DNA from: Candidatus Bipolaricaulota bacterium
GTDB lineage: Bacteria > Bipolaricaulota > Bipolaricaulia > UBA7950 > UBA9294
Direction: 5' to 3'
NCBI GenBank assembly: GCA_026390345.1
Contig: JAPLGD010000072.1
Location: forward strand, 1,128 to 65,127
Length of the DNA stretch: 64,000 nt
Part shown: one piece after another, positions 37,523 to 46,874 of the stretch
Numbering within the stretch: position 1 is the stretch's first letter
Layout of the letters: every line of letters starts with the position of its first letter
Program-made: the position numbers and the translations under genes
The notes under the pieces: generated by a model
What the model was told of the DNA's origin: nothing
What the model saw: only the letters and a program-made list of their open reading frames with translations
Databases searched by the model: none

Positions 37523-37649
37523 GCTGCATCACCTCTCTCCGCTTCTTTCAGCCACGCACATGCCTCCTTCGGGTTCACCTCTGCTGCCGGTTCCACCTCC
37601 TCGTTCGATCCATCTCCGCGGCCGCGGCGGCTGTCGCCGCCGCGCCTCC

Positions 37650-38762
37650 TCAGTCAACGATCAAGAGCTCGTGAGTCACGGTCGTCATCGGCACGCCTCC
37701 CGACTCCGAGACCACGACGACGTCCTCGATGCGAACCCCGAAGCGTCCCGAGAGGTACACGCCCGGCTCGACGGAGAAGGCCATCCCGGGCTCGAGCAAC
37801 GTCTTGTTCCCCGCGACGATGTACGGGGGTTCGTGGATATCGAGGCCGATGCCGTGTCCCGTGCGGTGGATGAAGCGATCGCCCAATCCGGACGACGTCA
37901 GGAAGTCGCGCGCCACGCGGTCGATCTCCTCGGCCGGCACGCCTGGGCGCACGGCGTCCACGGCACGCTGCTGCGCTTCGCGAACCGCGTCGTAAACCGT
38001 TCGGACCTCGTTCGACGGCTCGCCGCATATGACGGTCCGGCTGATGTCCGAACGGTAGCCGCCCGTGCGGCACCCGTAGTCAAGAATGACCACATCGCCG
38101 CTTGCGATCCGCCGCCCCCCCGCCCGGTAGTGCGGCAGCGCCGCCGCCGGCCCCGATGCGACCAACGGGCTGAATGCCGTGTTGTCAGCCCCCGCGCTCC
38201 GCATCGCGTCCACCAGAACCGCGGCGATCTCGAGCTCCGTGCGTCCGACAAACGGCGTCTCGATGACCCTCCGGAACGCCTCGTCGGCGATCGCACCGGC
38301 TCGACGCAGGAGCTCCACTTCCTGGGCATCCTTTCTCATCCGGAGCTTGGCGAGGACCGGCGTCGCGCTCGAGAACGCGTGCTGGGGCAGCGCCTTCTGG
38401 CACGCGAGAAGGAACTCCGCCCAGAGAGACTCCTCGACCAGGACCGGTCCCGGCGATCGCGCGACATCCTTCAGTGCCGCCGCGAGGGCATCGTGAGAGC
38501 CCTCGTGGTCCGCCCACACGAAGTGCTTCGCGAACCCGGTGTCGGCCCGCACCTGCTCCGCGTAGAGTTCCGGGACCACGAAGGCCGGTTCGCCCTCCCG
38601 CGGAACCAGAACCACCAAGAGGCGCTCGCCCGGCTCGTCGGTGAACCCCGTCAGGTAGCGCATCGACGAGGACAGACCGACGATCAAGAGGCTTGCGGGG
38701 CTCTCCCCCAACTCACGTTGCACGGCGGACAGCCGCTCACCGTACGGCTTCACGTTGGTCAT
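37650..38762 (-). CDS. M24-family metallopeptidase (Xaa-Pro dipeptidase/aminopeptidase), third copy in the window.
   Basis: 370 residues. Motifs RTGHGIGLDIHEPPYI, FSVEPGVY, VRIEDVVVV. Its start overlaps the upstream stop. Confidence 0.8.
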   Translation of the reverse strand: MTNVKPYGERLSAVQRELGESPASLLIVGLSSSMRYLTGFTDEPGERLLVVLVPREGEPAFVVPELYAEQVRADTGFAKHFVWADHEGSHDALAAALKDVARSPGPVLVEESLWAEFLLACQKALPQHAFSSATPVLAKLRMRKDAQEVELLRRAGAIADEAFRRVIETPFVGRTELEIAAVLVDAMRSAGADNTAFSPLVASGPAAALPHYRAGGRRIASGDVVILDYGCRTGGYRSDISRTVICGEPSNEVRTVYDAVREAQQRAVDAVRPGVPAEEIDRVARDFLTSSGLGDRFIHRTGHGIGLDIHEPPYIVAGNKTLLEPGMAFSVEPGVYLSGRFGVRIEDVVVVSESGGVPMTTVTHELLIVD

Positions 38763-39247
38763 CTTGTCGACTTGCCTCCTCGGTCCGCACGACGCGGAGC
38801 GTCACTCTCCTGAACCCGCGTTACATGGATCGTTTCGATGCCGTGTTGCCAGATTCGAACGCCGATCTCGGCGATTTTCGGCCACTGATCCTGTGACACG
38901 CGCGCGAAGACGTTGACCGGTAGGTTGCCGCGGTGGTCGCGGACGACTTCGGCGCCGTAGTACACAGAGAGCGCCTCGCTGGCACCCTCGGCCTTCTCCC
39001 ACTCGCGCCAGTAGATGACGTCCCCGGTATTCACGGTCGATGTGTCGTTCTCGCGCGGCGGCGCGGAACGCCCGAGCGCGACCGGGAAGTAGACCTCGCG
39101 CCCGCACCAACGCGTGTGGTAGGCCGTTGCCTCGAGCGGCAGGGCCGAGATAACCGCAGCGATCGTCCGTGGCGCGAGGTCGGGTAGAACATCGGCGACG
39201 AGCACTCCGCCGCGCTCGAACTCCAGCCGAATGCGCTCGACCGTCAC
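38759..39247 (-). CDS. Small (162 residue) conserved hypothetical protein embedded between hyuB and the M24 peptidase.
   Basis: ORF with 4-nt overlaps on both sides. No recognisable catalytic motif. It has an ordinary (non-artefactual) amino-acid composition. Confidence 0.5.
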   Translation of the reverse strand: MTVERIRLEFERGGVLVADVLPDLAPRTIAAVISALPLEATAYHTRWCGREVYFPVALGRSAPPRENDTSTVNTGDVIYWREWEKAEGASEALSVYYGAEVVRDHRGNLPVNVFARVSQDQWPKIAEIGVRIWQHGIETIHVTRVQESDAPRRADRGGKSTR

Positions 39248-41004
39248 CGCTTGTCACCCGCCTTGCCGAGCTTCTTCCGCAGGGTCGTCGTGGCGGTTCG
39301 ATCGACGGCAAGTGTGTCCGGGTCCAAGACTACGCCGTAGTCGGAGCGCGCCGCCTCCAAGGAGACGTAGCCGTTGGCCACGTCGGCGGCGACCAAGGCT
39401 GGATCGCGGTCGAGCGGGTTTCCGTATCCGCCGCCACCGCCGCCCTGGAAGCTCACGACCTCTCCCTTCGCGAGCGGCAGGTTCGAGATCTTCCTCCACC
39501 GCTCTTCTCGCCCATCGTTGCGGCGGACAACCGTGATGTTCGTCTTGCCTGGCTGCCCGCCGAAGACACCCCACGGCGGCGTGTAGAGAACCCGATCGGC
39601 CGTCACCGTCATCCCGGCGTCGGAGCCAAGCCGGTACTCGCGGCGGACCCCAAGCCCGCCACGGAACTTCCCGGCGCCGCCGGAGTCCTGAATCAGCTCG
39701 AATCGGTCAACCCGCCACGGGTACCGGATCTCGGCCACTTCGGCGGGGACGTTGTACGTGTCGCCGAGCGTCATCGAGAACAGCGCCGACTCCCCGTCTT
39801 CGTTCGGCTTCCCGCCGTATCCGCCGGCATCGGCCTCGGCGCAGACGTAGTACTTCTTCGTCTTCGGGTCGGTCCCGTAAAGGAAGTTGGCCATCGAGTC
39901 GCCGAAGTACCCGCCGCGCACCTGGTCCGGGATCGCCGGAGCAAGCGCCTTCAAGAACAGGTCCGGAATCGTCGACGAGGGCGTCGGCCACATCGCGCAC
40001 GCGGCCGGGAACTTCGGCTTCAGAAAGCTGCCGTCCGGGATGACGATCCGCAACGCGCGGAAGAACCCCTCGTTGCTCGGCAGGTGGGGGGTGGTCACGA
40101 TCTTGAACGCGTAGCGGGTCGCCGAGATCGTCGACGGCTCGGGCGTGTTCATCGGCCCCCGGCTCTGCGGCCCGGTCCCCGTGTAGTCGGCGATCATCTC
40201 GTCGTCGTTCACGGTGATTGTCAGCTTCAGGACGAGCTTCTCGTCGAGCGGCGCGTCGTCGTTCCCGTCGCCGTCGAGAATGGCGTCCGCCGTGTAGACG
40301 CCGTTCGGGATTCGCCGCACCGCGGCGCGCGCGAGTCGCTCGCCCTGGGCCAGCATCTCCGCGAGGGCGGCCATCGTGGTCTTGACGCCGAACCGGTCGA
40401 TCACCTCGGAGAAGCGCTGGCTCCCCTTGCGTACCGCCGCCACCATGGCTCGGACATCTCCGAGCACGGCGTCGGGGACCCGCGTGTTGGCGCGGATCAA
40501 GCGGAACACGTCGTCGTTGTTCTTCCCTTCGATCAAGAGCTTGACGGGCGGCAGCCGAAAGCCCTCCTGAAAGACCTCCACGGTGTCGCTGTACCAGCCG
40601 CCCGGATAGATGCCTCCCATGTCCACGGTGTGTCCGCGGAACGCGGCCCACCCGAGGATCTCTCCGTCGTGGAACGCCGGGCAGAGGGCAACCAGATCCG
40701 GGCAGTGCGTGCCCCCGCCGTTGTACGGGTCGTTGCACAGGATGACGTCTCCGGGGCGCAGGTTCGCGCGGCCGATCGTCTCGTAGGTTGACTGCACGGC
40801 GTAGCCCAGGTTCGCGAGGAAGATGGGGAGTCCCGGCGTCTCGGCGATCAGGTTCGCGTCGCCGTCGAGGATTCCGCAGCTGAAGTCAACAACCTCGTAA
40901 AGGATCGGGGAGTACGCGGCGTGTTCGACGGTTCGCCGGATGTCGCGGCTCGCCGCGATCAGCCGGTTGCGAATGACTTCCAGGGTTACGGGATCGATCT
41001 TCAT
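39244..41004 (-). CDS. Hydantoinase B/oxoprolinase family protein (HyuB-like), second copy.
   Basis: N-terminus MKIDPVTLEVIRNRLIAASRDIRRTVEHAAYSPILYEVVDFSCGILD. 586 residues with a basic C-terminal tail RKKLGKAGDKR. Confidence 0.85.
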   Translation of the reverse strand: MKIDPVTLEVIRNRLIAASRDIRRTVEHAAYSPILYEVVDFSCGILDGDANLIAETPGLPIFLANLGYAVQSTYETIGRANLRPGDVILCNDPYNGGGTHCPDLVALCPAFHDGEILGWAAFRGHTVDMGGIYPGGWYSDTVEVFQEGFRLPPVKLLIEGKNNDDVFRLIRANTRVPDAVLGDVRAMVAAVRKGSQRFSEVIDRFGVKTTMAALAEMLAQGERLARAAVRRIPNGVYTADAILDGDGNDDAPLDEKLVLKLTITVNDDEMIADYTGTGPQSRGPMNTPEPSTISATRYAFKIVTTPHLPSNEGFFRALRIVIPDGSFLKPKFPAACAMWPTPSSTIPDLFLKALAPAIPDQVRGGYFGDSMANFLYGTDPKTKKYYVCAEADAGGYGGKPNEDGESALFSMTLGDTYNVPAEVAEIRYPWRVDRFELIQDSGGAGKFRGGLGVRREYRLGSDAGMTVTADRVLYTPPWGVFGGQPGKTNITVVRRNDGREERWRKISNLPLAKGEVVSFQGGGGGGYGNPLDRDPALVAADVANGYVSLEAARSDYGVVLDPDTLAVDRTATTTLRKKLGKAGDKR

Positions 41005-43046
41005 CGCTCCTCCTCGTGGATCGAGACAATCAGGGTTCCGTAGTCATCGACGCGGCAGACTTGCTTCGGCTCGACCGTCGTGGTCGCTGTGACCTCCTCG
41101 ATCAGCGCCGGGCCGTCGATGACGTTCTGGGCGAGGAGCCGCTCGCGACGGTAGATCGTGAACGGCTGATGGCGGCCGCTTCCGACGTACACGGGACGCT
41201 CTCCCATGCGGGCGTCGGCAGGCGGCGTCTTCGAACCCGTCTGGATCTTCTCCAGCACCGGCTTGTTGACGCTCCCGATCCCGATCACCTTGAGCGAGAC
41301 GATCTCCTTCTCCTCCTCGGGGGCGTTGTGGCCGTACACCCGGAGATGCATCTCGTCGAACGCCGCCGCCAGGCCACGCTTCGCCGTCTCGGTGACGGGG
41401 CACGTAGCGCCGACCGCAAGCGTGTGCTCCTGGCCGATGTAGCGCAGATCCAGTTGGTACGACATCGTGATCTGCTTCTTGTCGATGTTCTCCTTCCTGA
41501 ACACCTCGCGGATCTTCTCCTCGAGCGAGGCGAAGGTGCCGTTGAGCTCGCCGATGTCGGCGGAGCGCAACGGAGCGATGTAGGTTTGGCCGAGGTCGTG
41601 GCGCAGGTCGGCCATGAGCATGCCCCACGCCGAGAAGACGCCGGAGTACGGCGGGACGATCACGGTCGGGATGTGCAGGTCCTTGGCAATCGCCGCCGCG
41701 TGGATCGGGCCCGCCCCGCCGAACGCGACCATCGCGAACTCGCGCGGGTCGTAGCCTCGCTTCACGGTCATCGACTGCAGAAGACCGGACATGTTCGTGT
41801 TGACGATCTTGACAATTCCCAACGCGGCCTCATCGACGGAGAGGTCGAAGTGATCGGCCACCTTCTTGATCGCGTCGTGCGCGTGGACCTTCGAGATCTT
41901 CATTTCCCCGCCGAGGAAGTAGTCCGGATCCAGAATCCCGAGCTGCAGGTTAGCGTCCGTGACCGTCGGCTCGGTGCCTCCGCGCAGGTAACACGCCGGT
42001 CCCGGCACGGCGCCCGCACTCTGGGGACCGACGTGCATGGCGCCCGCTTCGTCAATCCAGGCGATCGACCCTCCTCCTGCTCCGATCTCGCGCAGGTCCA
42101 CGACGGGAAGCAGGATCGGTCGGCCCTCCACCACGTACTGCTCGGCCGTTTCGGGGAGCCCGCCGGTGATGATCGACGTCTTCGCCGTGGTCCCGCCCAT
42201 GTCATACGAGATCACGTTGGCGAACCCGGCGAACTTCGCAAGTTGGGCGGCTCCGATGGCTCCGCCCGCCGGACCGGACTCCACCATGGCGATCGGCATG
42301 TCACGGGCCACCGACGCCGCCATCACGCCGCCGTTCGACTGCATGATCTGCAGGATCTGGGTGAAGCCGCGCTTCCGAAGATCGTCCTCGAGCTGGTTCA
42401 GGTATAGCCGAACGACTGGCATCACGTAGGCGTTCTGCGTCGCCGTGCTCGTTCGTTCGAACTCGTAGTAGCGTCGAGTGATGAGGTGGGACAAGGACAC
42501 CGTGACCCCGGGAAGCCGCCGGCCGAGGAACTCGCCGATCGCCGTCTCGTGCTCCGGGTTGGCATACGCGTTGAGCAGGCACACGGCCACGGACTCCACC
42601 TTCTCCCGGACAAGAACGTCGATGAGGCTGTCCAGGTCTTCCTCGCGCAGCGGCTCCACGACGCGCCCCTCCGCATCGATCCGCTCGCGCACCTCGAGTC
42701 GAAGGCGTCTCGGCACGAGCGGGCGCGGCTTCGCATAGAGCGCGTCGTACATCTCCGTCCGGTTCGAGCGGCCGATCTCGAGTACATCGCGGAAGCCTTG
42801 AGTCGTGATGAGGGCCGTCTTCGCGCCCTTCCCCTCGATTAGGGCGTTGATAACGACCGTTGTGCCGTGCGACAGGAACGAGGCATCCCGCAGAGGAACG
42901 TTCCACTTCTCGATGCACTCGATGGTCCCGATCGCGGGATTGTGGGGCGTGGAAGAGACCTTGCTGAGCCTGATCTTCCCTGTTTTCTCGTCGAGGAGTA
43001 CACCGTCGGTGAACGTCCCCCCCACGTCCGTGCTGAGCCTATACAT
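41001..43046 (-). CDS. Hydantoinase A/oxoprolinase family protein (HyuA-like), second copy.
   Basis: Trimmed to ATG 43046 (AGGAGG 6 nt upstream; MYRLSTDVGGTFTDGVLLDEKTGK). 681 residues. Confidence 0.85.
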   Translation of the reverse strand: MYRLSTDVGGTFTDGVLLDEKTGKIRLSKVSSTPHNPAIGTIECIEKWNVPLRDASFLSHGTTVVINALIEGKGAKTALITTQGFRDVLEIGRSNRTEMYDALYAKPRPLVPRRLRLEVRERIDAEGRVVEPLREEDLDSLIDVLVREKVESVAVCLLNAYANPEHETAIGEFLGRRLPGVTVSLSHLITRRYYEFERTSTATQNAYVMPVVRLYLNQLEDDLRKRGFTQILQIMQSNGGVMAASVARDMPIAMVESGPAGGAIGAAQLAKFAGFANVISYDMGGTTAKTSIITGGLPETAEQYVVEGRPILLPVVDLREIGAGGGSIAWIDEAGAMHVGPQSAGAVPGPACYLRGGTEPTVTDANLQLGILDPDYFLGGEMKISKVHAHDAIKKVADHFDLSVDEAALGIVKIVNTNMSGLLQSMTVKRGYDPREFAMVAFGGAGPIHAAAIAKDLHIPTVIVPPYSGVFSAWGMLMADLRHDLGQTYIAPLRSADIGELNGTFASLEEKIREVFRKENIDKKQITMSYQLDLRYIGQEHTLAVGATCPVTETAKRGLAAAFDEMHLRVYGHNAPEEEKEIVSLKVIGIGSVNKPVLEKIQTGSKTPPADARMGERPVYVGSGRHQPFTIYRRERLLAQNVIDGPALIEEVTATTTVEPKQVCRVDDYGTLIVSIHEEER

Positions 43047-44115
43047 TGCTTCCTCCTGATGGTCGAGGTTTCGGATGACCGACCCCGGTCGTCCCCTGCA
43101 GAGAGTTCTCCGTAGCCGCCTGCCACGCCCGCTCCGTCTCGATCGACCCGGGGGCCGATCGAGCCAGGAGCAGCTTGGCTCCCCCGTTCTGCGTCGTCGC
43201 ACAACCTCGGTGACTGAGAGCCGGGAGGTGGTAGCAGTCACCGGATCCGAGGGCGTAGCCCTCTTCTCCGATCGTCAGTTGAATGCGCCCCTCGAGGACG
43301 AATCCGAACTCCTCCCCTTCGTACGCTCCCAGCTCCTGTGAAAAGCCGGATGGGATCTCCGCCACGAGTACCTCCAGCGACCCCGCAGGGAGCGTGCCGC
43401 TCAAGAAGCGGTACGTAACCGTGCTGTCCGAAAGCTTCACGTGATCCGCGCCATCGTCGCCCCCTAGAAGGGGAACCCGCATCTCCTGGGCTCCCGGAAG
43501 GTCGGGGAGTTCGGCGCCCAGAAGCGCGATCGCCTTGGCGTAGCGCGCCGTCTGCACCCACAGCACCTTCGCCGCGGACTCGGCCGCCGCACATCGGTGG
43601 GACGTCGCGGCAAGCAGGTGGTAGCTGTCCCCAACTCCGAGGTGGTGCTCCGCCTCGCCGATCGTCAGGTCGATGGCCCCGTCTAGGACGTAGCCGAACT
43701 CCTCCCCCTCGTGAACGTGGGATTCGTGCGAGCTTCCTTGCGTCATCTCGCCGATCAGCACTTCGAAGCGCCGGCCGGGGAACTCGGCGCTCAAGAAGCG
43801 ATACTTGATGGACGTATCGGACAGGCTGACGTACGAGCGGTTGTCTCCCTTCGTGATCGCCGCGGGGCGCGGATCAGCGAGGAACGCCTTCCCGGGGCCG
43901 TTCGACATCACGAGCATGTCAGCCAAGGCAACATCCAACGCTTCACAGATGGCGCGCAGGGACGGAATGGAGAACGACGACAGTCCACGCTCGATCTGAG
44001 ATAGAAAACCCACCGAGAGACCGCATTGCTCCGAGAGCAAGCGGAGGGTCAACCCACGTTGACGCCGTAGGTATCGTAGTTTGCGCCCAACTTCCTGGAG
44101 GCGTTCAGTCTCCAT
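43039..44115 (-). CDS. XRE-family HTH transcriptional regulator with two C-terminal cupin domains.
   Basis: N-terminus LRRQRGLTLRLLSEQCGLSVGFLSQIERG. Two cupin repeats (HVHEGEEFGYVLDG and YEGEEFGFVLEG). It is a paralog of the regulator at 21934..22536. Confidence 0.8.
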   Translation of the reverse strand: METERLQEVGRKLRYLRRQRGLTLRLLSEQCGLSVGFLSQIERGLSSFSIPSLRAICEALDVALADMLVMSNGPGKAFLADPRPAAITKGDNRSYVSLSDTSIKYRFLSAEFPGRRFEVLIGEMTQGSSHESHVHEGEEFGYVLDGAIDLTIGEAEHHLGVGDSYHLLAATSHRCAAAESAAKVLWVQTARYAKAIALLGAELPDLPGAQEMRVPLLGGDDGADHVKLSDSTVTYRFLSGTLPAGSLEVLVAEIPSGFSQELGAYEGEEFGFVLEGRIQLTIGEEGYALGSGDCYHLPALSHRGCATTQNGGAKLLLARSAPGSIETERAWQAATENSLQGTTGVGHPKPRPSGGSNV

Positions 44116-44121
44116 GAAGCC

Positions 44122-44150
44122 ATTCTAGACGGAGTGTGAACACGGGTCAA
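44122..44150 (-). promoter_or_regulatory. Promoter (minus strand) TTGACC-17nt-TAGAAT ending 6 nt before the regulator ATG. The mRNA is leaderless or near-leaderless.
   Basis: Reverse complement of 44145-44150 (ggtcaa) and 44122-44127 (attcta) with a 17 nt spacer. There is no RBS before the ATG at 44115. Confidence 0.45.
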
Positions 44151-44190
44151 GCCATAGTGAACACCGTTCACTGAAAGTGATCCGTGTCAC
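44136..44190 (-). promoter_or_regulatory. Cluster of operator-like inverted repeats. One GTGAAC half-site lies in the promoter spacer. GTGAACaccGTTCAC (44157-44171) and GTGAtccgtGTCAC (44177-44190) lie just upstream of the -35.
   Basis: Repeats read directly. The classic arrangement for an autoregulated HTH repressor. Confidence 0.45.
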
Positions 44191-44312
44191 GGCGAAACCT
44201 ACCTTCCCAGCGACGGCAACACAGTTCAGAACTGAGAAAGACTGCTACGCGGCAGTTCGACGCCTACTCGGCCGCGTTCGTGGGGAGGGGGTGCTTCTGC
44301 TAGTCCTTCCGC

Positions 44313-44879
44313 CTACCCCGCCGCAATGGGCTCGCCGCCGACTCGGTAGTAGTGGTCATCCAAGGCGTAGAGAATCGGATCGAAGGTGCGAAGGTCGGGA
44401 AGCGCGGAGCTCAACTCCTTCTCGGGGGAGGCACCCGTGCGGAAGAGATCCTCGCGAAGGTGGGCCTCCAGAACCTCGGCGACGAAGAAGTGCCGGTGCT
44501 GAACGGTTCCGTCCTGGAGGACGCGGCACTCGAGGTTGGCGGGGCAATCGTCGATGAGCGGCACCGGAAGGACATCGCCAGGCCGCCATGCGACAAGCCG
44601 CGACTTGTCGACGTCACGACCGGACACGTGGCCAAAGTGGTCAACCAAGGCAAGCTGCGCGGTCGTGGGAAGGTTGATGCTGAACTCGCGGCGATCTCGG
44701 AGGCCGCGTGTCGTGAAGTGGCCTTCATGGAGCGACACTGCGACCAGCGCTGGGCGGATCCCCATGATCGCACAATCGCCAACCGTGGCGAAATTGGCGC
44801 GGCCGTCGACCATCGCCCCGACAAGGACGATCGACACAGGGTAGAGAAGTGGAACCGGACCCAATCGCTTCTTGTTCAT
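44313..44879 (-). CDS. Flavin reductase-like protein (FMN-binding split-barrel family).
   Basis: 188 residues. Pattern VSIVLVGAMVDGRANFATVGDCAIMG...VAVSLH is typical of flavin reductase domain proteins. Confidence 0.6.
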   Translation of the reverse strand: MNKKRLGPVPLLYPVSIVLVGAMVDGRANFATVGDCAIMGIRPALVAVSLHEGHFTTRGLRDRREFSINLPTTAQLALVDHFGHVSGRDVDKSRLVAWRPGDVLPVPLIDDCPANLECRVLQDGTVQHRHFFVAEVLEAHLREDLFRTGASPEKELSSALPDLRTFDPILYALDDHYYRVGGEPIAAG

Positions 44880-45058
44880 CGTATTCGATCACCTGGGCGG
44901 AGGCCCGGTCGAGAGCGTAGCAGGCGGCGCGTCTCGGCAGCGTCCCCTGGTTCAAAGGCGGGGAGCGCGCTAGACTGTCGCTTCGTGCGCGCACCGGGCG
45001 CGCTGGATTGCTCATCCTAGGAGGTTCCGGAGATGGGGCAGTAGGGCGGGACAAGGAC

Positions 45059-46756
45059 ATGGAGAACACGACGACCGACTTCGTCCGCGAGATTGTGCGA
45101 GAGGACTTGCGCCTGGGGAAGAACAACGGCAAGGTCCAAACCCGATGGCCGCCGGAGCCGAACGGATATATCCACGTCGGCCACGCGAAGGGCTTTCTGC
45201 TCGCGTACGGGATCGCCCAGGAGTTCGGCGGGACGTTCAACCTCCGCTTCGATGACACGAACCCCGCGAAAGAGGAACAGGAGTTCGTGGACGGGATCAT
45301 CGCCGACATGCGATGGCTCGGTGTCGACTGGCAGAACGTCTTCTTCGCCTCCGACTACTTCGAGCAGCTGTACGAGTGGGCGGAGGTGATGATTCGAGCC
45401 GGGAAGGCCTACGTCTGCGACCTCTTGTCGGACGAGGTGAGCGCGTACCGCGGCACGGCGATCGAAAAGGACGGGCAGGTGATCACGCCTCCCGGGAAGG
45501 ACAGCCCGTATCGCAACCGCTCCCCGGAGGAGAGCCTCGACCTGTTTCATCGGATGCGGGCGGGCGAGTTCCCCGACGGGGCGAGGACGCTCCGCGCGAA
45601 GATCGACATGGCCCACCCGAACCTGAACATGCGCGACCCTGTCATGTATCGGATCCTCCGCGCGACGCACCACCGACAGGGCGACGCCTGGTGCATCTAC
45701 CCGACCTACGACTGGGCGCACGGACAGTCGGACGCCATCGAAGGGGTCACGCACTCGACGTGCGACCTGGGGTTCGAGAACCATCGTCCTCTCTACGACT
45801 GGTTCCTCGACCAGCTCCCGGTCCGCACGCGTCCGCGCCAGATCGAGTACGGTCGACTCAACCTGGGCCACACCGTGATGAGCAAGCGGTGGCTACGGCA
45901 GCTCGTGGAAGGCGGACACGTGAACGACTGGGACGATCCGCGACTGCCGACCCTCCGGGGAATGCGCCGTCGTGGCTACACACCGGAAGGAATCTGCGCG
46001 TTCGTCCGCGCGACGGGAGTCACGAAGTCCCAGGGGATCGTCGACGCGGCGCTCCTTGAACACTTTCAGAGGCAGGACCTGAACCTCACGTCTCCGCGCG
46101 TGATGGCGGTGCTCGACCCGGTGCGTCTCGTCGTCACCAACTACCCCGAGGGAAAGGTTGAGTGGCTCGACGCGGTGAATAACCCCGAGGCCCCGGCGGC
46201 GGGGACGCGGAAGGTCCCGTTCTCGCGCGAGCTTCTCATCGAGCGGGAGGACTTCCTCGAGAACCCGCCGAGCAAGTTCTTCCGGCTTGCGCCGGGGCGC
46301 GAAGTTCGGCTGCGCTACGCCTACTTCGTCCGCTGCGTGGACGTCGTCAAAGACGCGCGCGGGAAGATCATCGAAATCCGGTGCACATACGACCCCGCGA
46401 CGCGAGGGGGCGACGCCCCGGACGGAAGGAAGGTGAAGGCCACCCTCCACTGGGTGTCGGCGCCCCACGCCGTCGACCTCGAGGCGCGCCTCTACGACCA
46501 CCTCTTCATCAAGGAGGACCCGACGGACGTCGAAGGCGAGAAGACGTGGCTTGACAACCTGAATCCGGACTCGCTCGTGGTCTTCCCCGGCAAGGGCGAG
46601 CCGAGTTTGCGGGATGCGAGGCCATCCGACCGCTTCCAGTTCGAGCGGAAGGGGTACTTCTGCGTCGACCCCGACTCGTCGAAGGGCACGCTCGTGTTCA
46701 ACCGAACCGTGGGGCTTCGCGACACCTGGGCGAAGGCTCAGGCGTCGCAAGAGTAG
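45059..46756 (+). CDS. glnS: Glutaminyl-tRNA synthetase.
   Basis: Class I HIGH motif [14 protein letters not shown], GlnRS-specific NLRFDDTNP, and KMSKS variant VMSKR. The N-terminal half is collinear with GlnRS ([22 protein letters not shown]). Confidence 0.9.
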   Translation: MENTTTDFVREIVREDLRLGKNNGKVQTRWPPEPNGYIHVGHAKGFLLAYGIAQEFGGTFNLRFDDTNPAKEEQEFVDGIIADMRWLGVDWQNVFFASDYFEQLYEWAEVMIRAGKAYVCDLLSDEVSAYRGTAIEKDGQVITPPGKDSPYRNRSPEESLDLFHRMRAGEFPDGARTLRAKIDMAHPNLNMRDPVMYRILRATHHRQGDAWCIYPTYDWAHGQSDAIEGVTHSTCDLGFENHRPLYDWFLDQLPVRTRPRQIEYGRLNLGHTVMSKRWLRQLVEGGHVNDWDDPRLPTLRGMRRRGYTPEGICAFVRATGVTKSQGIVDAALLEHFQRQDLNLTSPRVMAVLDPVRLVVTNYPEGKVEWLDAVNNPEAPAAGTRKVPFSRELLIEREDFLENPPSKFFRLAPGREVRLRYAYFVRCVDVVKDARGKIIEIRCTYDPATRGGDAPDGRKVKATLHWVSAPHAVDLEARLYDHLFIKEDPTDVEGEKTWLDNLNPDSLVVFPGKGEPSLRDARPSDRFQFERKGYFCVDPDSSKGTLVFNRTVGLRDTWAKAQASQE

Positions 46757-46874
46757 TTCGCCCCTTCGAGATAGTGGATGAGCAGGCGCTCGCCTCGGGC
46801 GAGCGCCTGCCCGTTGTTGCGCCGACTCGCCAACCTCGTGTAGGATCTCCTCCCGAAGACCGGGGGGGATTCGG

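Noticed and set aside
39707-40738. A 343-residue minus-strand ORF and a 540-residue plus-strand ORF (39169..40791) inside hyuB-2.
   Set aside because: These are alternative-frame shadow ORFs. The HyuB frame has clear family homology and coupling.
45032-45058. An ATG at 45032 with an excellent RBS (CTAGGAGG) upstream of glnS.
   Set aside because: That reading frame terminates after 4 codons (MGQ*). The GlnRS start is taken as ATG 45059. The tiny ORF could be a translational-coupling remnant but is too short to call.
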